Assembly: GCA_033763775.1 (NCBI GenBank)
Contig: JANRJW010000008.1
Span: 7,256 to 71,255 of the forward strand
From: Alphaproteobacteria bacterium
Lineage (GTDB): Bacteria > Pseudomonadota > Alphaproteobacteria > Rickettsiales > SXRF01
Reading direction: 5' to 3'
DNA length: 64,000 bases
A program made the position numbers and the translations under genes. Each line of letters starts with the position of its first letter. The first letter of the stretch is position 1. Positions 17,747 to 27,186 of the stretch are shown here, one piece after another. Under the pieces are notes generated by a model. That model did no database searches, was not told the origin of the DNA, and was given only the letters and a program-made list of their open reading frames with translations.

Positions 17747-20700
17747 ATGAACCTCTCTGAGTTCTGTATCCGAAGGCCGGTTTTTACCACGCTGCTGATG
17801 CTGGCGGTGGTGGTGGCGGGCTGGGCGGGTTACCGCGCCCTGCCGGTATCGGCGCTGCCGAAAGTGGATTTCCCCACCATTCAGGTGACTGCGCGTCTGC
17901 CCGGCGCAAGCCCGGAGACGATGGCCTCATCGGTGGCCACGCCGCTGGAGCGGCAGTTTTCAACCATCGCCGGCATCAGCTCCATGACCTCCACCAGCTA
18001 CCTGGGGGTTTCGGAAATCACCCTGCAATTTGAGCTGGATCGCGATATTGACGGCGCGGCGCTCGATGTGCAGACGGCGATTGCGGCGACACTCAGCCGC
18101 CTGCCGCCGGAAATGCCAACCGCGCCTTCCTTTCGCAAAATCAACCCTGCCGACCAACCGATTTTATTCATCGCCGTCTCGTCGGATACGCTGCCCATTT
18201 CTAAAGTGAATGAATATGCCGATACGCTGATGGCGCAGCGCATCTCGATGGTCACCGGCGTGGCACAGGTGCAGATTTTTGGCGCGCAGAAATATGCGGT
18301 GCGCATTGAGGCGGATCCCAAGCGCCTCGCCGGTCATGACATCAGTTTTGATGAGGTGGAGCGCGCGGTGGCGGCCGCCAGCTCGAATGCGCCCACCGGC
18401 GTGATCAGCGGCGAAAAGCAGCTTTTTAACCTGAAAGTTGCCGGCCAGCCGATGGATGCGGCGACCTTCCGGCCACTGATTGTGACATGGAAAAACGGCG
18501 CGCCGGTTCGGCTTTCGGATATCGCGACGGTGACCGACTCGGTGGAAGATGACCGCTCGGTCGGGTTTATTGACGGCGAGCGTTCGGTGGTGCTTGCCAT
18601 TCAGCGCCAGCCGGATGCCAATACCATTCAGGTGGTGGATGATATCCGCGCCCTGCTGCCGCAGTTTCGCGCGCAGGTGCCGGCGAGCGTGGCACTCACG
18701 CCGATGCTCGATCGTTCGATCGCCGTGCGTGAATCGGTGCATGATGTGCAGCTGACACTGGCGCTCAGTGTCGTGCTGGTGGTGCTGGTGATCTATGCGT
18801 TTCTGCCGAGCCTGTCTGCCACTTTCATTCCGGCGATTGCCATTCCGCTATGCATCATGGCGACTTACGGCGCCATGGCGCTGCTTGGCTTTTCACTCAA
18901 TAACGTCTCGCTGCTGGCCATCACGCTATGCGTTGGCTTCATGGTCGATGACGCGATTGTGATGATGGAAAATATCATGCGCTATCTGGAGCGCGGCATG
19001 GCACCGTTTGAGGCGGCTATCAAGGGCGCGCGTGAAATCACCTTCACCATCATCTCGATCAGCCTGTCGCTGGTCGCAGTGTTTATTCCGGTTTTATTCA
19101 TGGGCGGGGTGATCGGGCGGCTGTTTAACGAGTTTGCAGTGACCATCACCGTTGCTACGCTGGTTTCCGCGCTGGTCTCGCTCACCTTAACCCCCATGCT
19201 CTGCAGCAGGTGGCTGAGGGCAGGCGCGCATCAGCCGGATAAGCAAAGCCGTTTTGAAAGGCTGTGGCAGCACAGTGTGCGCGGCTATGAGGCCAGTCTC
19301 GGCTGGGTACTGCGTCACCAGCGCGCCACGCTGCTTACTACGCTGGCCAGCATCGCGCTTACGGTGGGTGCGTTCATGATCGTGCCCAAAGGGTTTTTCC
19401 CGCTGGAAGATACCGGCTTTGTCTTTGTCTCCACCGAAGGCGCGCAGGATATTTCCTTTGAAGCGATGATGGAAAAACAGATCGCCGCCGCTGAGATTGT
19501 GCGCGCTGACCCGGCGGTGAAGAATGTATTTTATGCGGTGGGCGGCGGGCGCGGCGCGCTCAACACCGGCCGTATGTTTTTCAGCTTAAAGCCGAGGGGC
19601 GAGCGCGACCATGCCAGCGTGGTGATTGCCCGCCTGCGCGCTAAAACCGCCAGCGTGCCGGGCATTAATGTGTTCATGCAGCCGGTGCAGAACATCACCA
19701 TTGGCGGAAGATTAAGCCGCGCACTGTACCAATACACGCTGCAAAGCTCTGACCTTGAGGCGCTCTACGTCGCTGAGGCGAAATTGATGACGATGCTGCG
19801 TAAAGAAAGCGGCTTTCGCGACCTTAATTCCGACCTGCAGATGAAAAGCTTAGAAACGCACCTGCTCATTGATCAGGAAAAAGCGGCGAGCATGGGCATT
19901 ACCTATGAAGATATACGCCGCGCGCTGTATCAGGCGTTTGGCACGGCGCAGGTGGGCACGCTCTACACCCCCACCAACGATTACGCGGTGATACTGGAAG
20001 CAAAAAGCGATGCCTCGCCATCGCCGGGTGAGATTCTACAGATTCACCTGCGATCAACGAGCGGCACGCTGGTGCCGATGAGCAGCTTTGCCACCCTGAT
20101 GCAGCGCACTGGCGCACTTTCCATCAACCATCAGGGGCAGATGCCGTCAGTGACCATTTCTTTCAACCTTGCCGAAGGTTTTGCGCTGAGCCAGGCGGTC
20201 GATCGCATCCGCGCGTTGGAGCGCGAGGCGGGACTTTCCGAAGCCATCACCACTAATTTCCAGGGCGCGGCCAAGGCGTTTGAAGATTCCGAGAAAAATC
20301 AGGGCATGCTGATTATTCTCACCATCCTCGTGGTCTATATCATCCTCGGCATGCTCTATGAGAGCTTCATTCACCCGGTGACCATCCTCTCCGGCCTGCC
20401 ATCGGCGGGGCTTGGCGCGATTCTCGTGCTGCTGTTGTTTGGCATGGATCTCAACGTCATCGCGCTAATCGGCCTTCTGCTGCTGATTGGTATTGTGAAG
20501 AAAAACGCGATCATGATGATTGATTTTGCGGTGGCCGCGCGCGCTGAGGGAAGTAGCGCCGAGGAAGCGATTTATCAGGCCTGCCTGCAGCGCTTCCGGC
20601 CGATCATGATGACCACCTTCTGCGCGCTGTTTGGCACGCTGCCGATTGCGCTGGGCATTGGCGCCGGCGCCGAGCTGCGCCAGCCGCTGGGGGTGACGGT

Positions 20701-20788
20701 GGTTGGCGGGCTTATTACCTCGCAGGTGCTAACCCTTTATATTACCCCGGTCATTTACCTATTTTTTGAGCGGCTGCGTAAATCATAG
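17747..20788 (+). CDS. RND efflux permease (MdtB/MdtC/AcrB-like), 1013 aa
   Basis: MNLSEFCIRRPVFTTLLM and GFMVDDAIVMMEN are present, with 12-TM RND architecture. AAGGA Shine-Dalgarno sits directly after the repeat element. Confidence 0.92.
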   Translation: MNLSEFCIRRPVFTTLLMLAVVVAGWAGYRALPVSALPKVDFPTIQVTARLPGASPETMASSVATPLERQFSTIAGISSMTSTSYLGVSEITLQFELDRDIDGAALDVQTAIAATLSRLPPEMPTAPSFRKINPADQPILFIAVSSDTLPISKVNEYADTLMAQRISMVTGVAQVQIFGAQKYAVRIEADPKRLAGHDISFDEVERAVAAASSNAPTGVISGEKQLFNLKVAGQPMDAATFRPLIVTWKNGAPVRLSDIATVTDSVEDDRSVGFIDGERSVVLAIQRQPDANTIQVVDDIRALLPQFRAQVPASVALTPMLDRSIAVRESVHDVQLTLALSVVLVVLVIYAFLPSLSATFIPAIAIPLCIMATYGAMALLGFSLNNVSLLAITLCVGFMVDDAIVMMENIMRYLERGMAPFEAAIKGAREITFTIISISLSLVAVFIPVLFMGGVIGRLFNEFAVTITVATLVSALVSLTLTPMLCSRWLRAGAHQPDKQSRFERLWQHSVRGYEASLGWVLRHQRATLLTTLASIALTVGAFMIVPKGFFPLEDTGFVFVSTEGAQDISFEAMMEKQIAAAEIVRADPAVKNVFYAVGGGRGALNTGRMFFSLKPRGERDHASVVIARLRAKTASVPGINVFMQPVQNITIGGRLSRALYQYTLQSSDLEALYVAEAKLMTMLRKESGFRDLNSDLQMKSLETHLLIDQEKAASMGITYEDIRRALYQAFGTAQVGTLYTPTNDYAVILEAKSDASPSPGEILQIHLRSTSGTLVPMSSFATLMQRTGALSINHQGQMPSVTISFNLAEGFALSQAVDRIRALEREAGLSEAITTNFQGAAKAFEDSEKNQGMLIILTILVVYIILGMLYESFIHPVTILSGLPSAGLGAILVLLLFGMDLNVIALIGLLLLIGIVKKNAIMMIDFAVAARAEGSSAEEAIYQACLQRFRPIMMTTFCALFGTLPIALGIGAGAELRQPLGVTVVGGLITSQVLTLYITPVIYLFFERLRKS

Positions 20789-20905
20789 TTCTCCCCCCGC
20801 TTGCGGGGGAGTTAGAGGGGGGGTGATTCACCCCCACCACTCGCCTAAGAATGTTGTCAAAACAACATTCAAGGCTCATTGCCTCCCCCGCAAGCGGGAG
20901 AGGTT
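20789..20905. repeat. CTCCCCCCGC...GCGGGAGAGG-family composite element
   Basis: CTCCCCCCGCTTGCGGGGGAG hairpin, then TAGAGGGGGGTGATTCACCCCC, an AT-rich core with TGTTGTCAAAACAACA, then CCTCCCCCGCAAGCGGGAGAGG. Confidence 0.85.
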
Positions 20906-20947
20906 AAGACTTGAATTTCTAGGCTCAGCGCGCTATAGAAGCGCTCT

Positions 20948-21769
20948 ATGGCCACACCCCTGCTCAAACGTTTTTATCAGGATCGCTTCCTGCAGATGCG
21001 ATCCTTTGCACTCACCCTGCTGACTGTAGGCGCGCTGTCGGCGCTTCTGTTCAATATCATGCCCGCCTCTCACTATGTGTTTTCGCCGAGCAGCTGGCAT
21101 CTGCTACTCATTCCGCTGGCGATTTATCTAGGCGGGGTTTCGGCGGTGTGGATTCATAATGCGACCCATGGCAGCTTTTCGCCCAAATGGCTGAACTGGA
21201 TCTGCGGCCAGATTGCCGGCATTCACCAGCTCTGGGGCTTTACCGGCTGGAAGCTCATCCACCTGCTGCACCACATGTATTCCGATGATGAAAAGCTCGA
21301 CACCCATCCGCCCAAAGGCATGACCATCTGGCAGTTCGGCAAAATCATGTTTGTGTATTCGTCCAAACAGGTCTCTGCCCGCTACCGCGAACATTGGGGT
21401 GATACGAAAGAAACGAAACTCATTCAGCAAGTGGGTCTTGCGATATTCCTGATGATGTCGGCGGCGAACCTGATCTTCTGGTTTGCACTGCTCGGCGCGA
21501 ATGGTTTTGTGTTTTTCTTCCTGCCGTCTTTCATCACCAATCATCTGCTGTTTGTGGACATTAACTACAGCGCCCATCCGGCTGACCCCGCGACCGGCGA
21601 AACGAAGCCCGCCAACCTCAACCACACACCTTACTACAAACTTGCGAATTTTCTCTGGTCGGGGATTTATTTCCACGGCAACCACCACAGAAAACCCCTG
21701 CTCTTTAACCCGCGCATGATGCCCGAGCGCGCGCCCAGGCGGCCGGACGAACTTAAAGAAGCAGCTTAA
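20948..21769 (+). CDS. Membrane fatty-acid desaturase family protein
   Basis: Three histidine boxes (HNATHG, HLLHHMYSD, HGNHHRKP) and 4-5 hydrophobic segments. Confidence 0.75.
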   Translation: MATPLLKRFYQDRFLQMRSFALTLLTVGALSALLFNIMPASHYVFSPSSWHLLLIPLAIYLGGVSAVWIHNATHGSFSPKWLNWICGQIAGIHQLWGFTGWKLIHLLHHMYSDDEKLDTHPPKGMTIWQFGKIMFVYSSKQVSARYREHWGDTKETKLIQQVGLAIFLMMSAANLIFWFALLGANGFVFFFLPSFITNHLLFVDINYSAHPADPATGETKPANLNHTPYYKLANFLWSGIYFHGNHHRKPLLFNPRMMPERAPRRPDELKEAA

Positions 21770-21780
21770 CGATCAATAAA

Positions 21781-22344
21781 TTATTGTTTTGCTTTGCGGG
21801 CAGCTTCGCGCTCAGCACGCTTTGCCGCATTGTGAGCGCGGATATCCGCCTGCGTGATCACGCCGGATTTACGATCATCCACCGCGTCGAAAAACTTCTC
21901 GTGGTGCGCAAAAAACTCTGCTTTGGTGAGCTTGCCATCACGGTTACCATCGGCGCGCACAAACCAGCGAATCGGGCGGGGCTTTGCTTTCGGATCAGCG
22001 ACCGGCGCGGGCTTTCCTTCGCGCTGGGCACGCGCGGCAGCTTTCTGAGCGTTCAGCGTATGAATATCCTGCTGGGTGATGGCGCCTGATTTACGAATAT
22101 CCATCTGATTGTAATAGCGCTCGTGAAAAGCCAGAAATTCTGCCTTCACCAGTTCGCCGTCGCGGTTGGTATCCGCGCGCACAAACCAGCGAATCGGGCG
22201 CGGCGGCTTGTTGCCCGCTTCCTGCTTCGCGTTTGCTTTTTGCTCATGCGCGGCTGGCGGCGAGTCTTTCCCGCCGACCACAGCAATCCCCACCGCGGCC
22301 AGCACGGCCGCACCGGCTAATGCCCCGATATGCGCTGTTTTCAT
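21781..22344 (-). CDS. Secreted EF-hand calcium-binding protein with internal ~74-aa tandem duplication
   Basis: Signal-like N-terminus. Two canonical 12-residue loops (DTNRDGELVKAE and DGNRDGKLTKAE) are each followed by a degenerate second loop. The nucleotide repeat period is 222 bp (CGCGCACAAACCAGCGAATCGGGCG at 21954 and 22176). Confidence 0.8.
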   Translation of the reverse strand: MKTAHIGALAGAAVLAAVGIAVVGGKDSPPAAHEQKANAKQEAGNKPPRPIRWFVRADTNRDGELVKAEFLAFHERYYNQMDIRKSGAITQQDIHTLNAQKAAARAQREGKPAPVADPKAKPRPIRWFVRADGNRDGKLTKAEFFAHHEKFFDAVDDRKSGVITQADIRAHNAAKRAEREAARKAKQ

Positions 22345-22363
22345 CGCCGCCTCCCTTGGTTAT

Positions 22364-22723
22364 TTACGCCGCAACCAGTCCGCCAAGCGGCTTGCCGGCG
22401 AGCAGATGCACGTGGAAATGATGAACCACCTGCCCTCCTTCTTTACCATGATTGCTGATTAAACGATAGCCGTTCTTATCAATGCCCAGCTGGCTGGCCA
22501 CTTTCTGCACCGCGTAAAAAAAGCCCTGCATTTTTTCCGGGGAGGCCTTGGCAGCAAAATCCTGAAAGGACTGATACTCGCCCTTAGGAATCACCAGCAC
22601 ATGCACCGGTGCTGCCGGAGCGATATCGTGAAACGCCAGTGCAAAACCATCTTCATAGACTTTATTGCAAGGAATTTCGCCGCGCAGAATTTTAGCGAAG
22701 ATATTGTTGCTGTCGTAGGTCAA
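22364..22723 (-). CDS. HIT (histidine triad) family protein
   Basis: Histidine triad HHFHVHLL and IFAKILRGEIP are present. The start is set at TTG 22723, preceded by GAGAGGGA. The ORF-track ATG at 22762 lies inside a repeat element and is the alternative. Confidence 0.82.
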   Translation of the reverse strand: MTYDSNNIFAKILRGEIPCNKVYEDGFALAFHDIAPAAPVHVLVIPKGEYQSFQDFAAKASPEKMQGFFYAVQKVASQLGIDKNGYRLISNHGKEGGQVVHHFHVHLLAGKPLGGLVAA

Positions 22724-22735
22724 TTTATCCCTCTC

Positions 22736-22850
22736 GTCATCCCGGCGTAGGCCGGGATCCATTTTTTTATTTCGACGCTAAAAGTCTACTGAATTTTAGC
22801 TTTACTGGATCCCGGATAAATTTTGCTACTGCTAAATTTTCCGGGATGAC
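22736..22850. repeat. Long-form GTCATCC...GGGATGAC multi-hairpin element
   Basis: GTCATCCCGGCGTAGGCCGGGATCC ... CTAAAAGTCtactGAATTTTAG ... GGATCCCGGATAAATTTTGCtactGCTAAATTTTCCGGGATGAC. Confidence 0.88.
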
Positions 22851-22855
22851 GGCGA

Positions 22856-23440
22856 TCACTCAACTCTACAGAATTCACCAAATTCTGGCCTTGGGCTGCG
22901 CGGGTAAAGCTTGCTGACATCGCCGTAGCCAAGATTGCAGATAAAGTTGGATTTAATCGTGGTGCCCTTAAAAAACAGTTCATCCACCATCTGGTTATTA
23001 AAGCCGCTCATCGGCCCGCAATCGAGACCCACCGCGCGCGCGGCCAGCATGAAATAAGCACCCTGCAGGCTGCTGTTGCGCATCGCGAGCACTTCCAGCA
23101 CATTCTCCGGCAGGTCTTTAAACCATGCCTTCGCATCCACATGCGGAAACAGGCGCGGTAGCTCGTTGTAAAAATGAATATCCATGCCGATGATGGCGGT
23201 GACCGGCGCGCTCATGGTTTTATCGATATTGCCCTTATCGAGCGCGGGCTTTAGTTTTTCTTTAGCCGCCTGTGACTTTACAAACACGATGCGCATCGGC
23301 TGCATGTTGGCGCTGGTCGGCGCCATTTTTGCAAGGTCAAAGGCCTGCTTAAGAAGCGCATCATCGACCGGCTTTGCAAGCCAGCCATTATGCGTGCGCG
23401 CACTATTAAACAATACATCCAGACTTTTGCTATCGATCAT
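22856..23440 (-). CDS. Nitroreductase-family protein, RutE-like malonic semialdehyde reductase
   Basis: Aligns by eye along its full length with E. coli RutE (ARTHNGW, PTSAN, APVTAI, GPMSGF, GYGD motifs). Confidence 0.75.
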   Translation of the reverse strand: MIDSKSLDVLFNSARTHNGWLAKPVDDALLKQAFDLAKMAPTSANMQPMRIVFVKSQAAKEKLKPALDKGNIDKTMSAPVTAIIGMDIHFYNELPRLFPHVDAKAWFKDLPENVLEVLAMRNSSLQGAYFMLAARAVGLDCGPMSGFNNQMVDELFFKGTTIKSNFICNLGYGDVSKLYPRSPRPEFGEFCRVE

Positions 23441-23766
23441 AGGTCGTTCCTTCTTCGCTTTTTTTCCACATGGCCGGAGGTGCCCTCACGGCGGGTCATC
23501 TCGGCCATCACTTCCTCCAGCGTAATACCCTGATCCACCAGCAGCAGCAGCCAATGAAAAATCAGATCCGCTGATTCATTGATGAGTTCTTTTTTATCGC
23601 CGCGCATGGCGGCAATCACAGTTTCCACCGCCTCTTCGCCCAGCTTCTGGGAGATTTTTGCGGTGCCCTGCTTCAGGCGTTTGGCGACATACGATGTGTC
23701 AGGATCACCGCCGCGGCGGCTTTCAACAACTTTGTAGAGGCGTTCGAGTGTGTCGTTAGTGCTCAT
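23437..23766 (-). CDS. hisE: Phosphoribosyl-ATP pyrophosphatase
   Basis: LGEEAVETVIA...ESADLIFHWLLLL is the typical HisE pattern. It is the last gene of the his cluster. Confidence 0.9.
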   Translation of the reverse strand: MSTNDTLERLYKVVESRRGGDPDTSYVAKRLKQGTAKISQKLGEEAVETVIAAMRGDKKELINESADLIFHWLLLLVDQGITLEEVMAEMTRREGTSGHVEKKRRRNDL

Positions 23767-23767
23767 A

Positions 23768-24532
23768 TCACCTTCTTACGGCAATCCCGGCCGCTTGCAT
23801 AGACTCTTTCACCTCAGCAATGCTGAATTCGCCAAAATGAAAAACCGAGGCCGCGAGCACAGCGCTGGCATGGCCAGCACTCACCGCCTCAGAAAAATGG
23901 GCAAGCGAGCCGATACCACCGGAAGCAATCACCGGAATGGGCACGCTATCCGCCACGGCGCGGGTGAGCGGGATGTTCACTCCCTGCTTGGTGCCATCGC
24001 GATCCATGGAGGTGAGCAGAATCTCCCCTGCCCCGTAGCCTGCCATTTTCTTCGCCCACGCTACGGCGTCCAGGCCGGTTGGATTGCGTCCTCCATGTGT
24101 AAAAACTTCAAAGTTACTCACGGAGCTTTCTGCCGACTTCGCATCAATCGCCACCACAATGCACTGGCTGCCGAATTTCTCCGCCGCTTCACGTACAAAT
24201 TCCGGCCGTTTAACGGCCTCGGTATTAATCGACACTTTATCCGCCCCTGCCAGTAGCAGGTGCCTGATATCATCCAATGTGCGCACGCCGCCGCCAACCG
24301 TGAGCGGCATGAAGCATGCTTCAGCGACACGCGAAATCACATCATACAAAATGCCGCGATTGTCACTTGAAGCGGTGATATCGAGAAAGCACAGCTCATC
24401 AGCGCCGCCTGCATCATAAAGCTTTGCCTGCTCCACCGGATCCCCTGCGTCGCGAAGCTCCACAAAATTCACGCCCTTGACCACGCGGCCATCTTTCACA
24501 TCAAGGCAGGGAATGATACGCGTCTTCAGCAT
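23768..24532 (-). CDS. hisF: Imidazole glycerol phosphate synthase, cyclase subunit
   Basis: [28 protein letters not shown] and GGGVR motifs. Confidence 0.95.
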   Translation of the reverse strand: MLKTRIIPCLDVKDGRVVKGVNFVELRDAGDPVEQAKLYDAGGADELCFLDITASSDNRGILYDVISRVAEACFMPLTVGGGVRTLDDIRHLLLAGADKVSINTEAVKRPEFVREAAEKFGSQCIVVAIDAKSAESSVSNFEVFTHGGRNPTGLDAVAWAKKMAGYGAGEILLTSMDRDGTKQGVNIPLTRAVADSVPIPVIASGGIGSLAHFSEAVSAGHASAVLAASVFHFGEFSIAEVKESMQAAGIAVRR

Positions 24533-24535
24533 GGC

Positions 24536-24787
24536 TTAAATCTTCTTTCGCGCGCGAAGAATGCCGCGCAGCGCATACAGGCCAATGAAACACCAGATGA
24601 TGTTCAGCGCCGCGGAAGGCAGTGCATCTTTCCAGTACGTATAGACAGCAAGCAGCAGCGCGCCGATGATATTCATCCCGTGATAGACAAGCGTATCGCT
24701 TTCGATTTTTTTGGCCGCAAGCAGGCCGTATGCGCCAAGCACCAGCACCATCCCTACCCAGCCCATGGTTTCAAACAGCATCGCCAT
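24536..24787 (-). CDS. Small integral membrane protein (83 aa, about 3 TM) embedded in the his operon
   Basis: Three hydrophobic segments, tight packing between hisA and hisF (1-nt and 3-nt spacing). No function recognised. Confidence 0.6.
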   Translation of the reverse strand: MAMLFETMGWVGMVLVLGAYGLLAAKKIESDTLVYHGMNIIGALLLAVYTYWKDALPSAALNIIWCFIGLYALRGILRARKKI

Positions 24788-25512
24788 CAGCCACCCGCCA
24801 GCGCCAGAGCTTCTTTGGGGTCAATCACCCCATCATAAAGCGCGCGGCCGATAATCACGCCGTCGATACCGCTGGCCATTTGCTCTTGATACGCGCGAAT
24901 ATCAGCAAGCGAGGAAACACCGCCGGAAGCAATGACTGGAATGGAAATCTGTTTCGCAAGTGAAACGGTCTCGGCGACATTGCTGCCTTCCATCGCACCA
25001 TCGCGGCTGATGTCGGTGTAGATGATGGCGGCGACGCCCGCATCTTCAAATTTCCTCGCCAGCTGCGCCGCCTTGATGTCGGACACTTCTGCCCAGCCCT
25101 CCACGGCCACATAGCCATCCTTCGCATCAATACCCACCGCGATTTTACCCGGAAACAGCTTGCAGGCCTGTTTCACGAGCGGCGGGTTTTTGAGCGCCGC
25201 CGTGCCCAGAATCACCCGCGAGATGCCCAGCGATAGCCACGCATCGATCTGGTTTAGGCTACGAATGCCGCCGCCCAGCTGCAGCTTCATGCGCACACTG
25301 GCGCGAATCGCGCGCACCGCCTGTTCATTCACCGGCTTTCCTTCAAACGCGCCGTTTAAATCCACCACATGCAGCCATGAAAAGCCAGCTGCTTCGAATT
25401 GCTTTGCCTGATCGGCGGGCGTATTTTCAAAAACGGTTGCTTTCTCCATGTCGCCGCGCAGCAGACGCACGCAGCGTCCGTCTTTGAGGTCAATGGCGGG
25501 GTAGAGGTTCAT
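24787..25512 (-). CDS. hisA: ProFAR isomerase
   Basis: [15 protein letters not shown] and GGGIRS motifs, with a TIM-barrel HisA layout. Confidence 0.94.
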   Translation of the reverse strand: MNLYPAIDLKDGRCVRLLRGDMEKATVFENTPADQAKQFEAAGFSWLHVVDLNGAFEGKPVNEQAVRAIRASVRMKLQLGGGIRSLNQIDAWLSLGISRVILGTAALKNPPLVKQACKLFPGKIAVGIDAKDGYVAVEGWAEVSDIKAAQLARKFEDAGVAAIIYTDISRDGAMEGSNVAETVSLAKQISIPVIASGGVSSLADIRAYQEQMASGIDGVIIGRALYDGVIDPKEALALAGG

Positions 25513-26042
25513 ACCAGCGTACTGATCGGCTCGAGGTTTTTATAATAAAAGCGCCCGGGAATCATCTGCGCGCTTTCAAATTCATAGTAGGGCAGCGTAC
25601 CCCAGTGGGTGTAGCCGCTTTCTTCATAGAGCTTGATCGCGGCTTCCTGTGTGGCGCGCACAGAGAGCCTGAGCACCGAAAAACCTTGCGAGCGCGCTTC
25701 GCGCTCCGCCGCTTCGAGCAGCATTTTAGCAAGGCCATGCCCGCGCGCCCAGGGCGCTACAAAATGCGCCTCGATATGCGCAGCAAAGGATGAGGTTTCC
25801 TTACTGGGCCCCGGCTTTAAGAGCTGAATGCTGGCTGATAATGTGCCGTCCAGACGCCCAGCAAAGAGTACGCGCTCCGGCACCACCAGCACGCCTTTCC
25901 AGTACGTCTCGAGCACGTCCTTGCCCGGCGGAAGCACCCAGTTAAAGCCGATGCCTTCGCGAATGGCGTCCTCGGTCGCCTGTACCAGCTCGGGCAGGTC
26001 GGCGTGGCGGAATTCGGTGATGCGTTCGACGCGAGCGGGCAT
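25509..26042 (-). CDS. GNAT-family N-acetyltransferase inserted between hisH and hisA
   Basis: The acetyl-CoA motif region [15 protein letters not shown] is present. The gene overlaps the hisA start by 4 nt. Confidence 0.75.
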   Translation of the reverse strand: MPARVERITEFRHADLPELVQATEDAIREGIGFNWVLPPGKDVLETYWKGVLVVPERVLFAGRLDGTLSASIQLLKPGPSKETSSFAAHIEAHFVAPWARGHGLAKMLLEAAEREARSQGFSVLRLSVRATQEAAIKLYEESGYTHWGTLPYYEFESAQMIPGRFYYKNLEPISTLV

Positions 26043-26043
26043 A

Positions 26044-26697
26044 TCAGAGCCTTACGAAATTGCTGAGCAGGCGCAGCCCCGTTTCCTGACTTTTTTCCGG
26101 GTGAAACTGCGTGCCCATGATGTTGCCCTTCGCTACCACTGCGGTGATGGTTTGTCCATAGTTGCAGCTGGCAATCACATCCGGCGAACCTGCCGCATGG
26201 TAGCTATGCACAAAATAGGCGTGCGCGCCCGTTTGGATGCCAGCAAGCAGCGGGTGTGCGCTCACGGTGAGTTCATTCCAGCCCATGTGGGGGATCTTGA
26301 GGGATTGGGCATTAGGGATTTGGGATTGGTTCGCTAGTCCCTGATGCCTGATGCCTAATGCCTTTACTTCCCCCTTCAGCCAGCCCAGTCCGTCATGCAT
26401 GCCGTGCTCAAAGCCACGTTCAAACAAAAGCTGCATGCCGACACAAATGCCCAGAAAGGGCTTTTGTTTCACCTGCACTTCTTCATGCAATGCTGCCAGC
26501 ATGCCGGGGATGGCGGCAAGACCGCGCATCGAGTCGCCATACGTGCCGACACCGGGCAGCACGATATGGCTCGCGCGTTTTAAATCCTCTGGGCTTTGGG
26601 TGATATGGACATGGACGCCATCGGGCGCAACACGCTCCAGCGCTTTGGCGGCCGAGCGCAGATTGCCAGAGCCGTAATCAATCACCGCGATACTCAT
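26044..26697 (-). CDS. hisH: Imidazole glycerol phosphate synthase, glutamine amidotransferase subunit, carrying a ~24-codon repeat insertion
   Basis: IAVIDYGSGNLRS, GICVGMQLL (catalytic Cys), PHMGWN and QFHPEKS motifs. See the repeat at 26291-26362. Confidence 0.93.
   Translation of the reverse strand: MSIAVIDYGSGNLRSAAKALERVAPDGVHVHITQSPEDLKRASHIVLPGVGTYGDSMRGLAAIPGMLAALHEEVQVKQKPFLGICVGMQLLFERGFEHGMHDGLGWLKGEVKALGIRHQGLANQSQIPNAQSLKIPHMGWNELTVSAHPLLAGIQTGAHAYFVHSYHAAGSPDVIASCNYGQTITAVVAKGNIMGTQFHPEKSQETGLRLLSNFVRL
26291..26362. repeat. Inverted heptamer-array element inside hisH (72 bp)
   Basis: The left arm is GGGATTG GGCATTA GGGATTT GGGATTG and the right arm is CCTGATG CCTGATG CCTAATG CC. 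GGCATTAGG (26308-26316) pairs with CCTAATGCC (26354-26362). Confidence 0.8.
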
Positions 26698-26711
26698 GCA
26701 CTATTTTTCCT

Positions 26712-26776
26712 GTCATTCCGACCGACCAACGGGAGCAGAGGAATCTTAAGATCCCTCGGCTTCGCTCGGGATGACA
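26712..26776. repeat. Short-form GTCATYCC...GGGATGAC palindromic element (degenerate left arm)
   Basis: GTCATTCCGACCGACCAACGGGAGCAGAGGAATCTTAAGATCCCTCGGCTTCGCTCGGGATGAC. Confidence 0.8.
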
Positions 26777-26787
26777 TCAAAACAACA

Positions 26788-27186
26788 CTAAACATTGACT
26801 GCAGAACCAAGCAAACGCTCGAAATAGCGCTGCTCGGCGCGAAGCAGGCTATCACCCGCTGTAATATCCGCCATGATGTAGCCGCGCTTTGCAAGCCTCG
26901 CGCGCAGCCAGTCATTGGCATGAAAGCCGATGAGCAAATTGCAGCCCAGCTGCAGGATGGAAATGCCCTCCATGCCAAACCACTGCCCCTTGGCCATCGC
27001 CATCAGCGCGACATTAACAAGGAAAATGCCCAGCGCCGGCAGCCACAAGCGATGATACAGCGCCCAGAACATGGTGAAAATAAACGCATAGAGATTAAAC
27101 CCTTCGCGCACAAAGACCGGCCGCTCATAGGCGCTTGCCGCACCGGGTTTCACATGCACGGTGTAAAGTTTCATCCGGCCGAACAT
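26788..27186 (-). CDS. DUF2628-like small membrane protein between hisB and hisH
   Basis: The pattern FVREGFNLYAFIFTMFWALYHRLW and two TM helices are present. This position in alphaproteobacterial his clusters is familiar. An alternative start MKLY is at 27174. Confidence 0.6.
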   Translation of the reverse strand: MFGRMKLYTVHVKPGAASAYERPVFVREGFNLYAFIFTMFWALYHRLWLPALGIFLVNVALMAMAKGQWFGMEGISILQLGCNLLIGFHANDWLRARLAKRGYIMADITAGDSLLRAEQRYFERLLGSAVNV

